DNA of 64,000 bases from Candidatus Fermentibacterota bacterium (GTDB lineage Bacteria; Fermentibacterota; Fermentibacteria; Fermentibacterales; JCC-6): the NCBI GenBank assembly GCA_963845085.1, contig CAWJQI010000001.1, positions 192,001 through 256,000 of the forward strand, read 5' to 3'. This document shows, piece by piece, positions 49,424 through 61,196 of this stretch; the stretch's first letter is position 1; the number at the start of each line of letters is the position of its first letter. The translations under genes were made by a program, and so were the position numbers. The notes under the pieces are model-generated. The model did not search any database and was not told the DNA's origin. It saw nothing but the letters and a program-made list of their open reading frames with translations.

Positions 49424-51190
49424 CTAGTAGTTGGCCACGGTTTCCCTCACGACCTCCTGAAAGGTTGTGAGACCCTTCTCAAGCTTCCTGAGAGCCGCTT
49501 CGCGCAGGTTTATCATGCCGCGCGCAAGCGCCGTCTTCTCGAGATCGATACTGTTTGCGTCGTTCTCGATGAGCGCGCGCATCTCCTCGTCGACTGTCAT
49601 GACCTCGTAAATACCGATGCGCCCCTTGTAGCCCGTGTTGTTGCACTGGGGGCAGCCCGTGCCCTCGTAGAAGGTGGTGGAGCTGAACCTGTCGGGGTCG
49701 ACGCCGGCGTCTTCGAGGGCTTCCCTCGAGACAGCGACGGGGGTCTTGCAGTTGGAGCAGATCTTTCTGATAAGCCTCTGGCTGCAGATGCAGATGAGCG
49801 ACGTGCTGAGCATGTAGGGTTCGGTCCCCATGTCCACCAGGCGGTTGATCGTGCTTGGCGCGTCGTTGGTGTGCACGGTGGAAAGCACGAGATGGCCCGT
49901 GAGCGCTGCCCTGATCGCTATCTCGCTCGTTTCCTTGTCACGGATCTCGCCGACCATGATTATGTCGGGATCCTGCCTCAGGTACGCCCTGAGAGCCATT
50001 GCAAAGTTGAGGCCGACATCTTCGTTCATCTGCACCTGGTTGATGCCCTTGAGGTTGAATTCAACGGGGTTTTCTGCCGTCATGATGTTGACGCCGATGT
50101 CGTTGAGTTCGGAGATGGCGCTGTAAAGGGTGGTGGTCTTGCCGCTTCCCGAAGGGCCGGTCACCAGGGCTATGCCGTAGGGCCTTTTGATGGCCCGCCT
50201 GAAATCCTTGAGCGCCTCCTCCTCGAAACCGAGGGTTTCGAGGTCGAGCGACACCTGTGAGCGGTCGAGAAGCCTGAGCTCGACCTTCTCGCCGAAGAGG
50301 GTGGGAAGCGTTGAGATGCGCATGTCAACGAACCTGTCACCGACCCTGATCTTGGTGCGGCCGTCCTGCGGCAGGTGATGCTCGGCAATATTCATACCGC
50401 CCAATATTTTAAGGCGGCTGACCATGGCAAGCCTGTATTTGCGGCTCGGCCTCATTATCTCGTGGAGGACGCCGTCGATCCTGTAACGGATTCTGACGTA
50501 CTTCTCGAACGGCTCGAAGTGGATGTCGCTCGCGCCGCGTTTCACCGCGTCGGCAACAACACGGTTCACCAGCTTGACTACGGGCGAGTCGCTCGTGGTG
50601 ACGGCAAGGTCTTCGTCGAGCTCCTCCTCGCCCCCCTCGTCCTCCTCGATGAGCGAGAAGAACGCCTCGTCGCCCACGAGAAGCTCTTCTTCCGGCCCCT
50701 TCATCACGCCCTCGACGCCGCTGCCCGCCTTTTTCCTTAGCTTGTCTTCGGAAACTGCGATGATGGCGTCTTCCTGGCGGTAGATGCGGTCGAGCGCCCG
50801 TGCGATCATGCTCGAGGCGCAAATGTGGGGTTCTATCTCCATCCCGAGAGAGAAGCGGAGATCGTCGATGGTGAAAAGGTTGTGAGGGTCGGCCATTGCC
50901 ACAACGAGCGTTTTGCCCACGCGTTCCACGGGTATGACCTCGTACCTTATGGCGAGCTTGGCCGGAACCAGCTGAAGAACATCCGGTTCGATCTTCATCT
51001 TCTCGATGTTTATTGCGTCGATGCGGTTCTGCCTGGCGAGGTAGCTGTTCAGGTCTTCCTCGTTGATGAGCTTCATCCGGACCAGGTTGTAACCAAGCCT
51101 TCCGCCCTGCTCCCTTTGGGCGTTCAGAGCGCTCTCGAGCTGTTCGCGGGTGATAACGCCGGCTTTGACCAGCATTTGGCCCAGTTTCAT
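49424..51190 (-). CDS. pilB: Type IV pilus assembly ATPase PilB with intact N-terminal MshEN domain
   Basis: [63 protein letters not shown], tetracysteine motif. ATG 51190. Confidence 0.94.
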   Translation of the reverse strand: MKLGQMLVKAGVITREQLESALNAQREQGGRLGYNLVRMKLINEEDLNSYLARQNRIDAINIEKMKIEPDVLQLVPAKLAIRYEVIPVERVGKTLVVAMADPHNLFTIDDLRFSLGMEIEPHICASSMIARALDRIYRQEDAIIAVSEDKLRKKAGSGVEGVMKGPEEELLVGDEAFFSLIEEDEGGEEELDEDLAVTTSDSPVVKLVNRVVADAVKRGASDIHFEPFEKYVRIRYRIDGVLHEIMRPSRKYRLAMVSRLKILGGMNIAEHHLPQDGRTKIRVGDRFVDMRISTLPTLFGEKVELRLLDRSQVSLDLETLGFEEEALKDFRRAIKRPYGIALVTGPSGSGKTTTLYSAISELNDIGVNIMTAENPVEFNLKGINQVQMNEDVGLNFAMALRAYLRQDPDIIMVGEIRDKETSEIAIRAALTGHLVLSTVHTNDAPSTINRLVDMGTEPYMLSTSLICICSQRLIRKICSNCKTPVAVSREALEDAGVDPDRFSSTTFYEGTGCPQCNNTGYKGRIGIYEVMTVDEEMRALIENDANSIDLEKTALARGMINLREAALRKLEKGLTTFQEVVRETVANY

Positions 51191-51311
51191 CGGTTCTCTC
51201 TCCTCCCAGACAGGCTGAGGGTTTACATGGAATTTCGAGAAGAGAATTGCCGTGTTATTCTGCAACAATTCCCCGGCAAGTCAATGCCCGGATGGCTCGA
51301 AAAGAGCTGTG

Positions 51312-54300
51312 TCAGAAGTTGATCATGACCCAGAGGTCAAGCCCCACATCGGTCTGGTCGTACTGGGAGTTGACCCGGTCCGTCTTCCAGCCGTAAATGG
51401 CTGTGAGCCCTGCCTGAACCGTTCCGAAGTCGTAGTTCGCGTACGGTTCGATCCTCCACTCCGAGCGGTCGGTCTGAAGGATGTCGTCGCCTGCGTCCCT
51501 CAGTATTTCGCTTTTCGTGAGGCTTCGGGTGATCTTCAGGCCGGTCGTGAGGTCGCTCTGGAAGCGGAACCTGATGCGGTTCAGCAGTGGCAGCGGGATC
51601 GAAATGCCATCGGGGGCCCTGAAGGCGTAGGAAATCCCGAGCTGGGTCGCATGGCTGGTGCCCTCGGTGACGGCGCTGGTGCCGGTGAAGTTGCGGCTCT
51701 CAGTGAGCGTCAGGTTGTCGCTGAGGGTTAACTGAACCTTGTTGGTCAGGTTCGCCGTTATCGAGATGAGGGGGGCGAACCTGCGTGACACCGTTTCGCT
51801 CACGGGGGTCTCCTCGCCTCCCTCTATCCTTGATGCGGAAACCGTTTCGAGCCTGTAGCCCGAACTCACCGTGCCCGTGCGGAGGAAGGAGAAGGGAGCC
51901 AGACGCTCGAGGCCGCTCCAGGCGAGGGTGAGGGAAGGCCATGTAACGGTCTGCTGCTTGTTCCAGTAACCGCTGTAGAACGACTTTGTTAGCGTGTTTC
52001 CATACTCGGCCCGAAGCGACAGGGTGCTTATCGGCCTCACTCCCCCTCCGAGCTGGACCGCCTCGCCCTCCGTGCGGTTGTACGGGATCAGTCCGTCGAT
52101 CCGGTCCTCGATGCCGAACTGGTACCGCCACGGAGGAAGCGTCTCGAGCGACTTGTAATCGGTGGAGTTGGTAAGGGAAAGGTTCAGCGTTGGATCCGTG
52201 ATGTTGTCGGCCCATCGCTCGAGCTTCATGAGCATCCAGCGGGGACTTCCTGCGGTCGCCTCCTCATCCCTGCGCTCATCCCTGAGCCTCGAGATCCTTC
52301 TCATCATGTGGGCCAGCCCCAGCCTGAACGTGTACCTGAGGTTAGTTGAGAGGTCGACATCGGGGAGGCCCAGAGTGTCGGCTCCGGGGGTGTGCGGGCT
52401 CAGACGGGACAGGGAGTAGTTGGAATCGAAGCTGACCCTCGGCATGAGGTAGCTCCAGAGGTTGATCTCCTGCGCTGCCGAGAGGCTCTGATTCCTTGAG
52501 ATCTCCCGCCCAACGTTCACGCTGGAGCCCTCGGGGCTCCACGGGTGGTAAAGGTCCCTGCCCACTGCGAGGGAGTACGAGAGCGTGTTCCCCTTCCAGA
52601 AATTGAACCCCAGCGAGCCGTCAGTGGAAAGGGCCCTCAGTGTGTTGTTCCTGGTCTGAACGGTGTCGTCGGATGCAACGTCCCACCTCACATCCCTGCC
52701 GCGCTCGAACTTGACTCCGAAACCGAAGCGGGTCGGCTGAAGGCGGAAGTCTTCGAGGATGGGGAGCCTGAAGATTCGCATCCTTCCAAGGGCGAGGTTG
52801 TAGGCCACTGTGAACCTCTCCGACTGGAGGGAATCGGTGCCCTCGGGCGAGAGGCCGGTCTGCTCGCCCATGGTGTGCCTCACGTTCCATGGGTCAAGGA
52901 AGTACGTGCCCAGAAAACCTTCCGAGCGCGTATTCCTTCTCCACTGGACGGAGGTGTCCCAGGTTTTGTCGTCGTCGCGCTGGAACCAGGACTCCTCCCC
53001 CTCTATCCGCACATCGCTGCCGGACTGGAAACGCGGTTCGGAGAGGGTGCGGCTCCAGGCGTAGGTTGCGGGCAGCGACCATCCCCACCTCGGCGGCGTG
53101 AAGCGGTCGAGGTTGAACGTTGTGTTTGCGGAATACCTTGAAGTGGTTTTCCCGGTGCCCGTGTTCGTCCCGAGGCTGTGGAAGTCGGCGTCGACCATCC
53201 TGTAATCCGCGTTGACTGTGAGAAGGTCGGCGAAATCGATCTGCCCGGTAACCCTGTGCGCATAGCCCCTGTTCTGGTAACGGCTTCGAAGGGTTATGTC
53301 GTCTATCCAGACCTCGGCATCGAGAGGGGCCGTTTCGTCGTTCCTGACTCCGAGGGCCAGGGTGAGCACGTTTGCCAGAGTCGGGCTGCCCCGCACCGAG
53401 AGGTTGCCGGAGCTCAGGTATTCGAGTTCCTGCTGGTCCTTGAGGATCTTGAGGTCGACCATGTCCTGGAGGGGCATCTCGATCACCTGCCAGCCCTGCT
53501 GAAGCGGCACCTCGAGTTCGTAGTAGTTGAGGCTGTCACGGCCGATCTGAAAGAAGGCAACACCCTGGCCTGTGTTCCCCCTGACGAGTATCCGGAAAGC
53601 TTCGTAGCCCGTGTAGTCTACACCGGAGTAGAAGTTCTGCCTGGCCAGCCCCTGGTGGCCCGCGAGAAGGCCCGCGCAGTTCAGGCTTATGGACTGCTCG
53701 AGCTTGATGTTGCCGTAGTCGTCCTTGCCGGGATCGATGCCGGGCGGGGGGTCGTCGATGTATTCCTGGTTTTCCCTGTTGTTCACGACCGAAACGGTGA
53801 ACTCCTCGCCGGGGTCGATCGGGGGCACTATGGTCCCGATCGTTCCGATGCCGCGGGTCTCCCAGCGGTTCCCGACCACCCCGAACTCGTAGATCTCCAG
53901 TGTGTCGGCCTGGGTGAAACCCTCGGTCCAGATCCGGGCGTAGACGATCTTGCTCCAGTCCGGTTCACCGGACAGGCCGTCGGGTACGGTCACCATCAGC
54001 GAATCGTTGAGGGGAACGCTGATGAGCGTCCAGCCGTACTGGTTGGGGCCGTGGATGATGTAATCCGGGTTGTCGAGCGGGATCCTGACCCTGAAGAACG
54101 TATTGGTGCGGTCGAGCACGCCGTTGCGGTTCAGGTCTTCGGTATCCATCCTCTCGTTGTTCTCGGTGCCGTTGATCCTGTTGAACCTTGAGTCGAGAGG
54201 GTCTTCGGGGTCGTAGTCGTAGTCGTCCTGGTTGGGGTCGGGGTTGCCCGAGGAGGAGTACCCGGGCTCGGCTGTGCTGAAAAGGCCGTCGTACCCGGTA

Positions 54301-56889
54301 TTCTCAACGGTCGACAGAATGCCGTCGCCGTTCGTGTCCTCCGTGTCCAGTTCGCCGTTCGCCTCCATCTCGGTGCCGCTTCCCACCCTGACCGGCCAGT
54401 ACGAGTCCTCGTCCATGCGCTCGCCGAGATCTATGTAGAGCGAACCCTGCTGTGCGGAGTCGGTAGCCCGGACGTACAGCGTGATGTGGGTGCGCGTGGA
54501 GAAGTCCACACCGTAGCGGTCTATGCAGCGCATGATGCCGCCCCAGGATTCGGTGGCGCTCTCGTCCGGCTGGAAGTAGAGCTGCATTACGCTCGCGTCT
54601 TCCGAGGCGTTGGTCCCGGTGAGTCCCGGCACGATGTCTCCGATATGCCAGCGATGGGGCCAGTTCCACCAGCGGAGCCTTCCCGTCCCCTGTTCGCCGC
54701 CCGATACTGGAAGGGATGCGTGGGACCACGCAATCCTGCTCTGACCAAGAGGGTAGGTGGACTGGCTTCCCTCCATGTCGTCGATGTATGCCACCCTTCC
54801 ACCGCCCGGCATGCTGACCGCCATCTCGCCCGACAGCTGGATGATGCTTTCCGCCTCGGTCCTTACAAGGGGCAGCGCATTCACTGCGTCGGTCAGGAAC
54901 TCGGGCCTCACCTCGTAGTGGGCGTCGAGGTCCATCACCAGGGTGTTGTAGGCCTCCTCACCCGCAGCGGGCCTGTCCTCGGGGGTCGAGGCGCTCTCGT
55001 ACATCAATGTGGCGCCGACCCAGGAGAGCCTTCCCATCTGGTACTTCAGCCTTGTCCCGAAGAGGGATTTCGACATCTGGGCGAAGAAGGGAAGGTACTC
55101 GAAGGTTACCCTCAGCGTGTTCGCGGGGTCCTGTGCAAGCTGGGCGGCCTCGCCCATGAGCGAGAGAAGGCCGATCTCGTAGATGATGGTGTAGTCCTGG
55201 TCACGAACCAGGTCCTGCGCCACGCCGGCGACAGTCAGCGTAACGCGCTCGCTGCCCGGAACTATGCCCATCCTGCCCAGGGAGTACGTTGTGCTCGCGG
55301 CCCTGAAGCTGACCCTCATGTAGTACTTGCTCAGGTTCGTCGGCGGGTTTTTCTCGGTGTAGACCTCGGGGTTCTGCACATCGAGCACATCGCTGGTGAA
55401 GGGTCTGTTGTCCGGGAAGACTATGAACCCGTTGTCCCAGTCCATCGTTTCGGTCTCGTCTATCATGGAACCATCGCCGTTGCTGTCCAGCCCCAGAACG
55501 CTGAGGAAGGGAACGCCGTCCTGGCTTGAAGTGGGCTCCTGGCCGGGCAGCTCAAGAAAGATGTCGCAGTTGAAGCTCTCCCGCACTATGTTGTTTGCCC
55601 CCAAGATAATAGCGGTTCCTCAGCATGTACTGCCAGGTCGGGTCGCTCACTGTCGGGTTCGAGTTCTTCACGAGCAGCAGGTCGACATCGTAGTTCGCCG
55701 GATCAGTGACATAGGTGCCCAGGGTGTCGCCCGAGAACGTTACCGCGAAAACGGCTATCATGTCGTTGGTGCTCACCGGGTTCACGAAGCGTATCGTGGT
55801 GGAGTCCTCAATGACGTAGTCCTGGTCGGGTCCCTCGTTGAGAAGGTCCCATGAGCCCGTTCCGGTCAGGTCGCCGCCGCCCGGCTGCGGCACGTGCCAG
55901 TCGCCCGGTATGGAGAGCGGGTTTTCCACGCCGTCGTCACGGAAGACCTTTATGTAGGCGATAAGCGGAGCCTGCACCGTATCGGGCACCACGCCGAAGA
56001 AGTAGTTCTCCGCGGGGCGGATGTCGAGGATGGAGTCGGTCACCATGGTTGCCTGCCCGACGAAATCCGCGGATTCGGTTGAACTGGCCTGCTTGCTCGC
56101 GATCGTGGTGATCTCGAGTGGACCTACCTGGGCTTCGACCTTGGCCCCGAACAGCCCCTGGCCGGGGATGCTGTAGCTCACGAACTCGGGGCCAGTGATG
56201 GCGAGGTTCACGTCACCCATCTCGATCGAGCGGATCACCTCGTCGTCGAAACCGGTGTACCTGAGACTGACATTGTAATCCGGCTCCATCGTCCTGCGGG
56301 TGTCGTGGTCGACCTGAACGTTGATCTTCTCGCCGATGGTCCCGTCGAGGTTTATCACCAGTTCCTGTTCCATCTTGAGGTCCGGGAAATACGATGGGGT
56401 TACGCCCTCGCTGCTGACCTGGTTGGGGCGGATGTGGCTGATCCCGGAAATGGTGATCTTCTGATGGCCGCTGATGTCGAGCTGGCCGCCCTCTCCTATG
56501 ATCCCGGCGATTCCCGGGGGCATGGCGAAAGGCAGGTAGATGGTTGGCACGAGCCTGCCCGTCTCGTGGGATGACCTGATGGCGCTCGAGCTGTTGGTGA
56601 GAAGCCATCTCTTCCAGGTGGACCACTCCGTGATGCCGGCCTTTGAATCGGGAAGGAGCCAGACCCTCGACAGGGATACGGGCCGGCCCATGTACATGAG
56701 GCGGTAGGCAAGGCCGAGCCCCGACAGGGCGGGAGAGACAACGACGGTGGCCTGGGGAAGGGTGTAGAGCGTGGGCAATGAATCCTGATAGAAGACGTTG
56801 GGAGGCCCCGATGGCAACCACGGCAGCGAAACGCCGATGCCAAGGGCCGTCATGGGGATCAACAGGAGAACGAGCGTTGAATGCTTCAT
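51312..56889 (-). CDS. sprA: SprA/Sov-like giant outer-membrane beta-barrel (T9SS translocon homologue), about 1858 aa, frameshifted at 55598-55602
   Basis: Signal peptide MKHSTLVLLLIPMTALG. SprA-type blocks LDGTIGEKINV, YTGFDDEVIRSIEMG, GLFGAK, IVPGSERV..DYTIIY, AYIDDMEGS, WGGIMR, LYIDLG..ED, DTEDLNRNG, NYYELEVPL, EVWIDDITL, amphipathic strands and terminal Phe. The two ORFs join as RNRYYLGANNIV by deleting one base in a 5-G run. Confidence 0.82.
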
Positions 56890-57028
56890 ATGCGTAAGAA
56901 ACAGTACTCCCATGGCAGGGGCCAGTTCCAGGTTGCAGGTAGAAACCGGATGTATAACATTCCCCAAAAACGGCGTTCATGCAAGCGGGGTCACTGCCGG
57001 GCGCCGCGCCAGACTATATTGACGCGCC

Positions 57029-58375
57029 ATGAAGATACTGCACAGGTATGTGATATCCGAGTTCATCGCCCCGTTCCTCATCTCGATCGGGGTGTTCACC
57101 TTTGTCATGCTCCTTGATAAACTCCTCGACCTTCTTGACATGATAGTGAGCAAGGGAGTGCCGCTCGTGATCGTCGGAGAGATATTCGTCCTGCTCCTCC
57201 CTTCCATGGTCGCGGTGGTGGTTCCCATGGCGGTGCTCTCGGGCGTTCTAATCGCGATCGGACGGCTGTCCGGCGACATGGAGATCTCGGCCATGAAAGC
57301 CAGCGGGATAGGCGTGATGAGGCTTATTCTCCCGCTCTCGGCGGTATCGCTTCTGCTCTGCGGCACCCTCGTGGTGTTCAACGATTCCGTTCTTCCCCAT
57401 GCCAACCACATGGCCAAGAACCTGCTGCTCGATGTGGGGACGATGAGGCCCACCGCACGGATCGTTTCGGGGATGTTCGTCGAGGACATGGAGAACTACA
57501 GAATCCTCGTCGAAAGCAAGGATGACCTTACCGGAAGGCTCGAGGGCGTCGTCATCCACCAGAGCATTCCCGGCAAGCCGCTCCGCACGATCAGCGCGAT
57601 GTCCGGCATCATGAGACCCATGGGGGCCAACCATCTCAGGCTGACGCTCTCGAACGGTCAGATGCACGAACTCGACGACAGCGGCAGGTACAGGTTCAGC
57701 GATTTCACTTCGTACACGCTCGACATAGCACGGTCCGAAGACCTTGTGAGAAGGGACCGCGACAGCCGGGGGGACCGGGAGATGTCTACAGCCCAGATGC
57801 AGGGCAGGATCGACAGCCTCGCCCGAGTCGAGCTGGATCTTTCCGACAGCCTCCACGCGACAGCGGCCGTGCCCTTCCTCGGCATCGTCGGTGGCGAGCG
57901 GCCCTACGAGCTCGATCCCGGGGCCGACTCGCTTCAGTACATGCGTGCCGCCCGGGACTGGCTCATCACCGTGGGAACGCAGGCCGCACTCACAAACGAC
58001 AGGATCACGTATCTCAGGCTCGAGCAGAACAGGTTTTCCGTCGAGATCCAGAAGAAGTACTCCATCCCGTTCGCCTGCCTTGTCTTCGTCCTGCTGGGCG
58101 TGCCGCTCGGCCTGTCGTCGAGAAGGGCCAATGCCGGCGTCTCGCTTGCCGTGAGCCTTCTGTTCATCCTGGTCTACTACTTCTTCCTCATCTCCGGTGA
58201 GAACCTTGCCGACAAGGGGCAGGTCCCGGCCTGGATAGCCATGTGGGCTCCCAACATCCTGATGGGCGCACTCGGGGTTCATCTCATATTCCGCAGCCTC
58301 AGGGAGGGCCATCCGATCCGGCTTCCCGACTTCAGGGAGCTTTGGCAGAAACTCAGGGGGAACAGGGCGACATGA
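57029..58375 (+). CDS. lptF: LPS export permease LptF
   Basis: KILHRYVISE, GRLSGDMEISAMKASGI, LTLSNGQMHE, EIQKKYSIPFACLVFVLLGVPLG, MWAPNI. Confidence 0.9.
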   Translation: MKILHRYVISEFIAPFLISIGVFTFVMLLDKLLDLLDMIVSKGVPLVIVGEIFVLLLPSMVAVVVPMAVLSGVLIAIGRLSGDMEISAMKASGIGVMRLILPLSAVSLLLCGTLVVFNDSVLPHANHMAKNLLLDVGTMRPTARIVSGMFVEDMENYRILVESKDDLTGRLEGVVIHQSIPGKPLRTISAMSGIMRPMGANHLRLTLSNGQMHELDDSGRYRFSDFTSYTLDIARSEDLVRRDRDSRGDREMSTAQMQGRIDSLARVELDLSDSLHATAAVPFLGIVGGERPYELDPGADSLQYMRAARDWLITVGTQAALTNDRITYLRLEQNRFSVEIQKKYSIPFACLVFVLLGVPLGLSSRRANAGVSLAVSLLFILVYYFFLISGENLADKGQVPAWIAMWAPNILMGALGVHLIFRSLREGHPIRLPDFRELWQKLRGNRAT

Positions 58376-59457
58376 AGAGGCTGGACAGGTACATAGCGGG
58401 CAGGTTCATAAGGATGATCTGCATGGCGGTCGCGGCTTTCACCGTCCTTTTCGTTGTTGTCGACGCCTTCGACAACATCAACCGGTGGATGGAGAAGAGC
58501 CCGGGCTGGGAATCGTTCCTGCGGTACTACGCCTTCGGCCTTCCCTACATCATCGTCCTCGTGATGCCGGTTGCCGTGCTTCTGTGCAGCCTGTTCCTTG
58601 TCACCTCCCTTGCAAGGAACAACGAACTGACGGCCATGAGGTCCTCCGGAATCAGCATACCCAGGATCTTTGCCCCGCTCCTCCTGGTGGGGCTTCTGAT
58701 AAGCGTGTTCGAGCTCGTTGTGGGTGATTTCGTGGTGGCCGAGGCAAACTACAGGCAGACCATGGTGAAGCGGGTCGAAATAGACAGGAAGGACCCGATC
58801 GACTACGGCATGCGGCATTCCTTCGCCCACAGGTCGCTCTCGGGCGCGATCATGGAGATAGGTTTCTTCGACGGAAGGGACGAAACGGTCACAGGCGCCG
58901 TTCTGGAGTGGTTCGACGGGAACTCGAGGGTGACCCGCAGGCTTGATCTCCGCAGGATGGTCTACACCGATTCCGTCTGGACGGGGCTGCAGGTGGAGGA
59001 ACGGCTCTTCGGACCCGACGGGGAGATGGAGTACCGCCACCATGACACCCTCGCGGTGCCTGAGATAACCGACACCCCCATGGACCTCGGCAGCAGGGTG
59101 AAATCCCCGCAGGAAATGAACCTTTTCGAGCTCGGACGCCACATTGCAAGAGTGAGGGCTTCGGGGGGAAATCCGAGGGAGAGCCTGGTGGAGTTCTACA
59201 TGACCCTGTTCTTCCCGTTCTCGAGCCTCATCATGGTGCTTGTGGGCGCCCCGCTTGCCACGAGGAACCCGAGAAGCGGCCGTTCGACCAGCGTGGCCAC
59301 TGCAATACTGCTGGCTTTCATCTTTTTCAGCCTCACGAGGTTCGGTCAGACGCTCGGCAACAAGGGCGCACTTGAACCGATAGTGAGTGCGGGCATTTCC
59401 AACGCGATCTTCATTGTGATCGGGGGGGTGCTGTTCCTGAGAACCGCCAGGTCCTAG
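58372..59457 (+). CDS. lptG: LPS export permease LptG
   Basis: KRLDRYI, LARNNELTAMRSSGIS, PQEMNLFEL, FPFSSLIMVLVGAP. ATGA overlap with lptF. Confidence 0.9.
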   Translation: MKRLDRYIAGRFIRMICMAVAAFTVLFVVVDAFDNINRWMEKSPGWESFLRYYAFGLPYIIVLVMPVAVLLCSLFLVTSLARNNELTAMRSSGISIPRIFAPLLLVGLLISVFELVVGDFVVAEANYRQTMVKRVEIDRKDPIDYGMRHSFAHRSLSGAIMEIGFFDGRDETVTGAVLEWFDGNSRVTRRLDLRRMVYTDSVWTGLQVEERLFGPDGEMEYRHHDTLAVPEITDTPMDLGSRVKSPQEMNLFELGRHIARVRASGGNPRESLVEFYMTLFFPFSSLIMVLVGAPLATRNPRSGRSTSVATAILLAFIFFSLTRFGQTLGNKGALEPIVSAGISNAIFIVIGGVLFLRTARS

Positions 59458-59921
59458 AAAAGGGCTGACAGCCTTCCGGCGGTGGAGGAAACAAGCCGTT
59501 CCCGGCAGGACCGACCCCAGTTCACCACACCTGTTCCCCGCACCGAGGCGCCCCGTTCCTCACAAAGCCTGCAGAGCTGCCGCACAGCCCGGTTGCCGCC
59601 CATCCAGGCGAACGGGAAGGCCTGCGTTACAAAGCATGCCGACGTTCTGCCCCCGAGCGGAGGCAGAGTTTTCATGAACGCGGCCATCACCGGTGAAAGG
59701 GAAAAGCCGTGAACGGGCGCTGCGAAGACAAACCCCTGGTACCCCTCGAGCGAGGGCGGGTCGTCGAACACGATGGTTTCGGGTTTCTGTTCGGAACCGC
59801 CCGAGGGTTTGACATCGAAAACCACAGCGGTGTGGCCCGACTCTTCAAGCTCCGCGAGGAGCCTGTCGGCCACGGAGCGCGTATTTCCGGTCTGGGAGTG
59901 CACGACAAGGCAAATGTTCAT
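59454..59921 (-). CDS. Flavodoxin family protein
   Basis: VVHSQTGNTR FMN loop, FAAPVHGF, ACFVTQ..GG. ATG 59921. Confidence 0.82.
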   Translation of the reverse strand: MNICLVVHSQTGNTRSVADRLLAELEESGHTAVVFDVKPSGGSEQKPETIVFDDPPSLEGYQGFVFAAPVHGFSLSPVMAAFMKTLPPLGGRTSACFVTQAFPFAWMGGNRAVRQLCRLCEERGASVRGTGVVNWGRSCRERLVSSTAGRLSALF

Positions 59922-60056
59922 TCCACCACCCCTTCTTCTGCATCGTAATGAAAGCGATGCGGCCGGACAGGTCAAGGGTTGCTTTCAATGGGCCGGTTTG
60001 GATATGCTTGCACTGTGCTCTTTACCTGTCTCATCAAAGGAAGCTGGAGGCTTTTT

Positions 60057-61145
60057 ATGTCAAAGCGCGTTCACAACTTCTACGCAGGGCCGGCGACCCT
60101 TCCTCTGGAAGTGGTGCAGAAAGCGCAGAAGGGTCTTGATGACTTCGCGGGCCAGGGAATGTCGGTCATGGAGATCTCGCACAGGTCGAAACCATTCGAG
60201 GCGATGTTCAAGAATGCCCAGTCCAAGATGCTTTCCATCATGGGTCTCTCCCCGGACGAGTACTACGTGCTCTTCCTGGGAGGCGGAGCAAGCATGCAGT
60301 TCTGCATGGTGCCCTTCAACTTCCTTCGCAAGGACGAGACTGCTGACTACATAAACACCGGAGAATGGGCTTCCAAGGCGATCAAGGAAGCGAAGCTCTT
60401 CGGCGGGGTGAACGTTGCCGCCAGCAGCGAGGAGACCAACTTCGACCGCATCCCGGCAACGATCAAGCTCACGCCCGGCGCCGCCTATGTTCACACCACG
60501 AGCAACAACACCCTTTACGGCACCGAGATGTGGAACTTCCCCGATACGGGTTCCGTGCCTCATGTTTGTGACATGTCAAGCGACTTCCTCAGCAGGGAAC
60601 TCGACTACAACCAGTTCAGCCTCATCTACGCCGGGGCGCAGAAGAACATCGGCCCCTCGGGCGTCACTGCCGTGGTTGTCAGGAAGAGCTGGCTTGAGAA
60701 CGCCAAATCCGACATCCCCACCATGATGAAGTACAAGGTTCATGTTGAGAAGGAAGGCCTCTACAACACTCCCCCGTGCTTCCCGGTCTTCGTGATCGAC
60801 CTCGTGATGGACTGGATCATGGAGAACGGCGGCCTTGCAGGCATCGAGAAGCGCAACAGGGCGAAGGCCGGGGTCATCTACAACGCCATAGACAAGAGCG
60901 GCGGCTTCTACAAGCCCCACGTAAGCCATGTCCCGAGCCGAAGCCTTATGAACATCACGTTCCGGCTCCCCAGTGAAGACCTTGAGAACAAGTTCGTCGA
61001 TGAGGCCAAGAAGCTCGACCTCATTGGCCTCAAGGGCCACAGGAACGTGGGGGGATGCAGGGCGTCGCTCTACAACGCCATGACGATCGAAGGCGCGGAA
61101 GCACTTGCCTCCTTCATGGAGGGCTTCATGGTTCGTAACGGCTGA
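60057..61145 (+). CDS. serC: Phosphoserine aminotransferase
   Basis: HNFYAGPA, MEISHRS, FLGGGAS.QF, NNTLYG, DMSSD, YAGAQKNIGPSG, NTPP, KGHRNVGGCRASLYNA. GGAGG RBS. Confidence 0.96.
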   Translation: MSKRVHNFYAGPATLPLEVVQKAQKGLDDFAGQGMSVMEISHRSKPFEAMFKNAQSKMLSIMGLSPDEYYVLFLGGGASMQFCMVPFNFLRKDETADYINTGEWASKAIKEAKLFGGVNVAASSEETNFDRIPATIKLTPGAAYVHTTSNNTLYGTEMWNFPDTGSVPHVCDMSSDFLSRELDYNQFSLIYAGAQKNIGPSGVTAVVVRKSWLENAKSDIPTMMKYKVHVEKEGLYNTPPCFPVFVIDLVMDWIMENGGLAGIEKRNRAKAGVIYNAIDKSGGFYKPHVSHVPSRSLMNITFRLPSEDLENKFVDEAKKLDLIGLKGHRNVGGCRASLYNAMTIEGAEALASFMEGFMVRNG

Positions 61146-61165
61146 TACCGCCTGAGAATACGGAT

Positions 61166-61194
61166 GGGCGCCGCGGCTTTCAGCGGCGCCCTTT
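61166..61194 (+). terminator. GC hairpin between convergent serC and ligA
   Basis: GGGCGCCGC-N8-GCGGCGCCC followed by TTT. Confidence 0.6.
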
Positions 61195-61196
61195 CC

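Noticed and set aside
55552..55604. Programmed ribosomal frameshift or genuinely split sprA
   Set aside because: No slippery heptamer or RBS for the second ORF; a single extra G in a 5-G run, among many nearby indels, is the simpler explanation.
59990..60012. Sigma-54 promoter upstream of serC (TTGGATATGCTTGCA)
   Set aside because: GG-to-GC spacing is 8, not the required 10.
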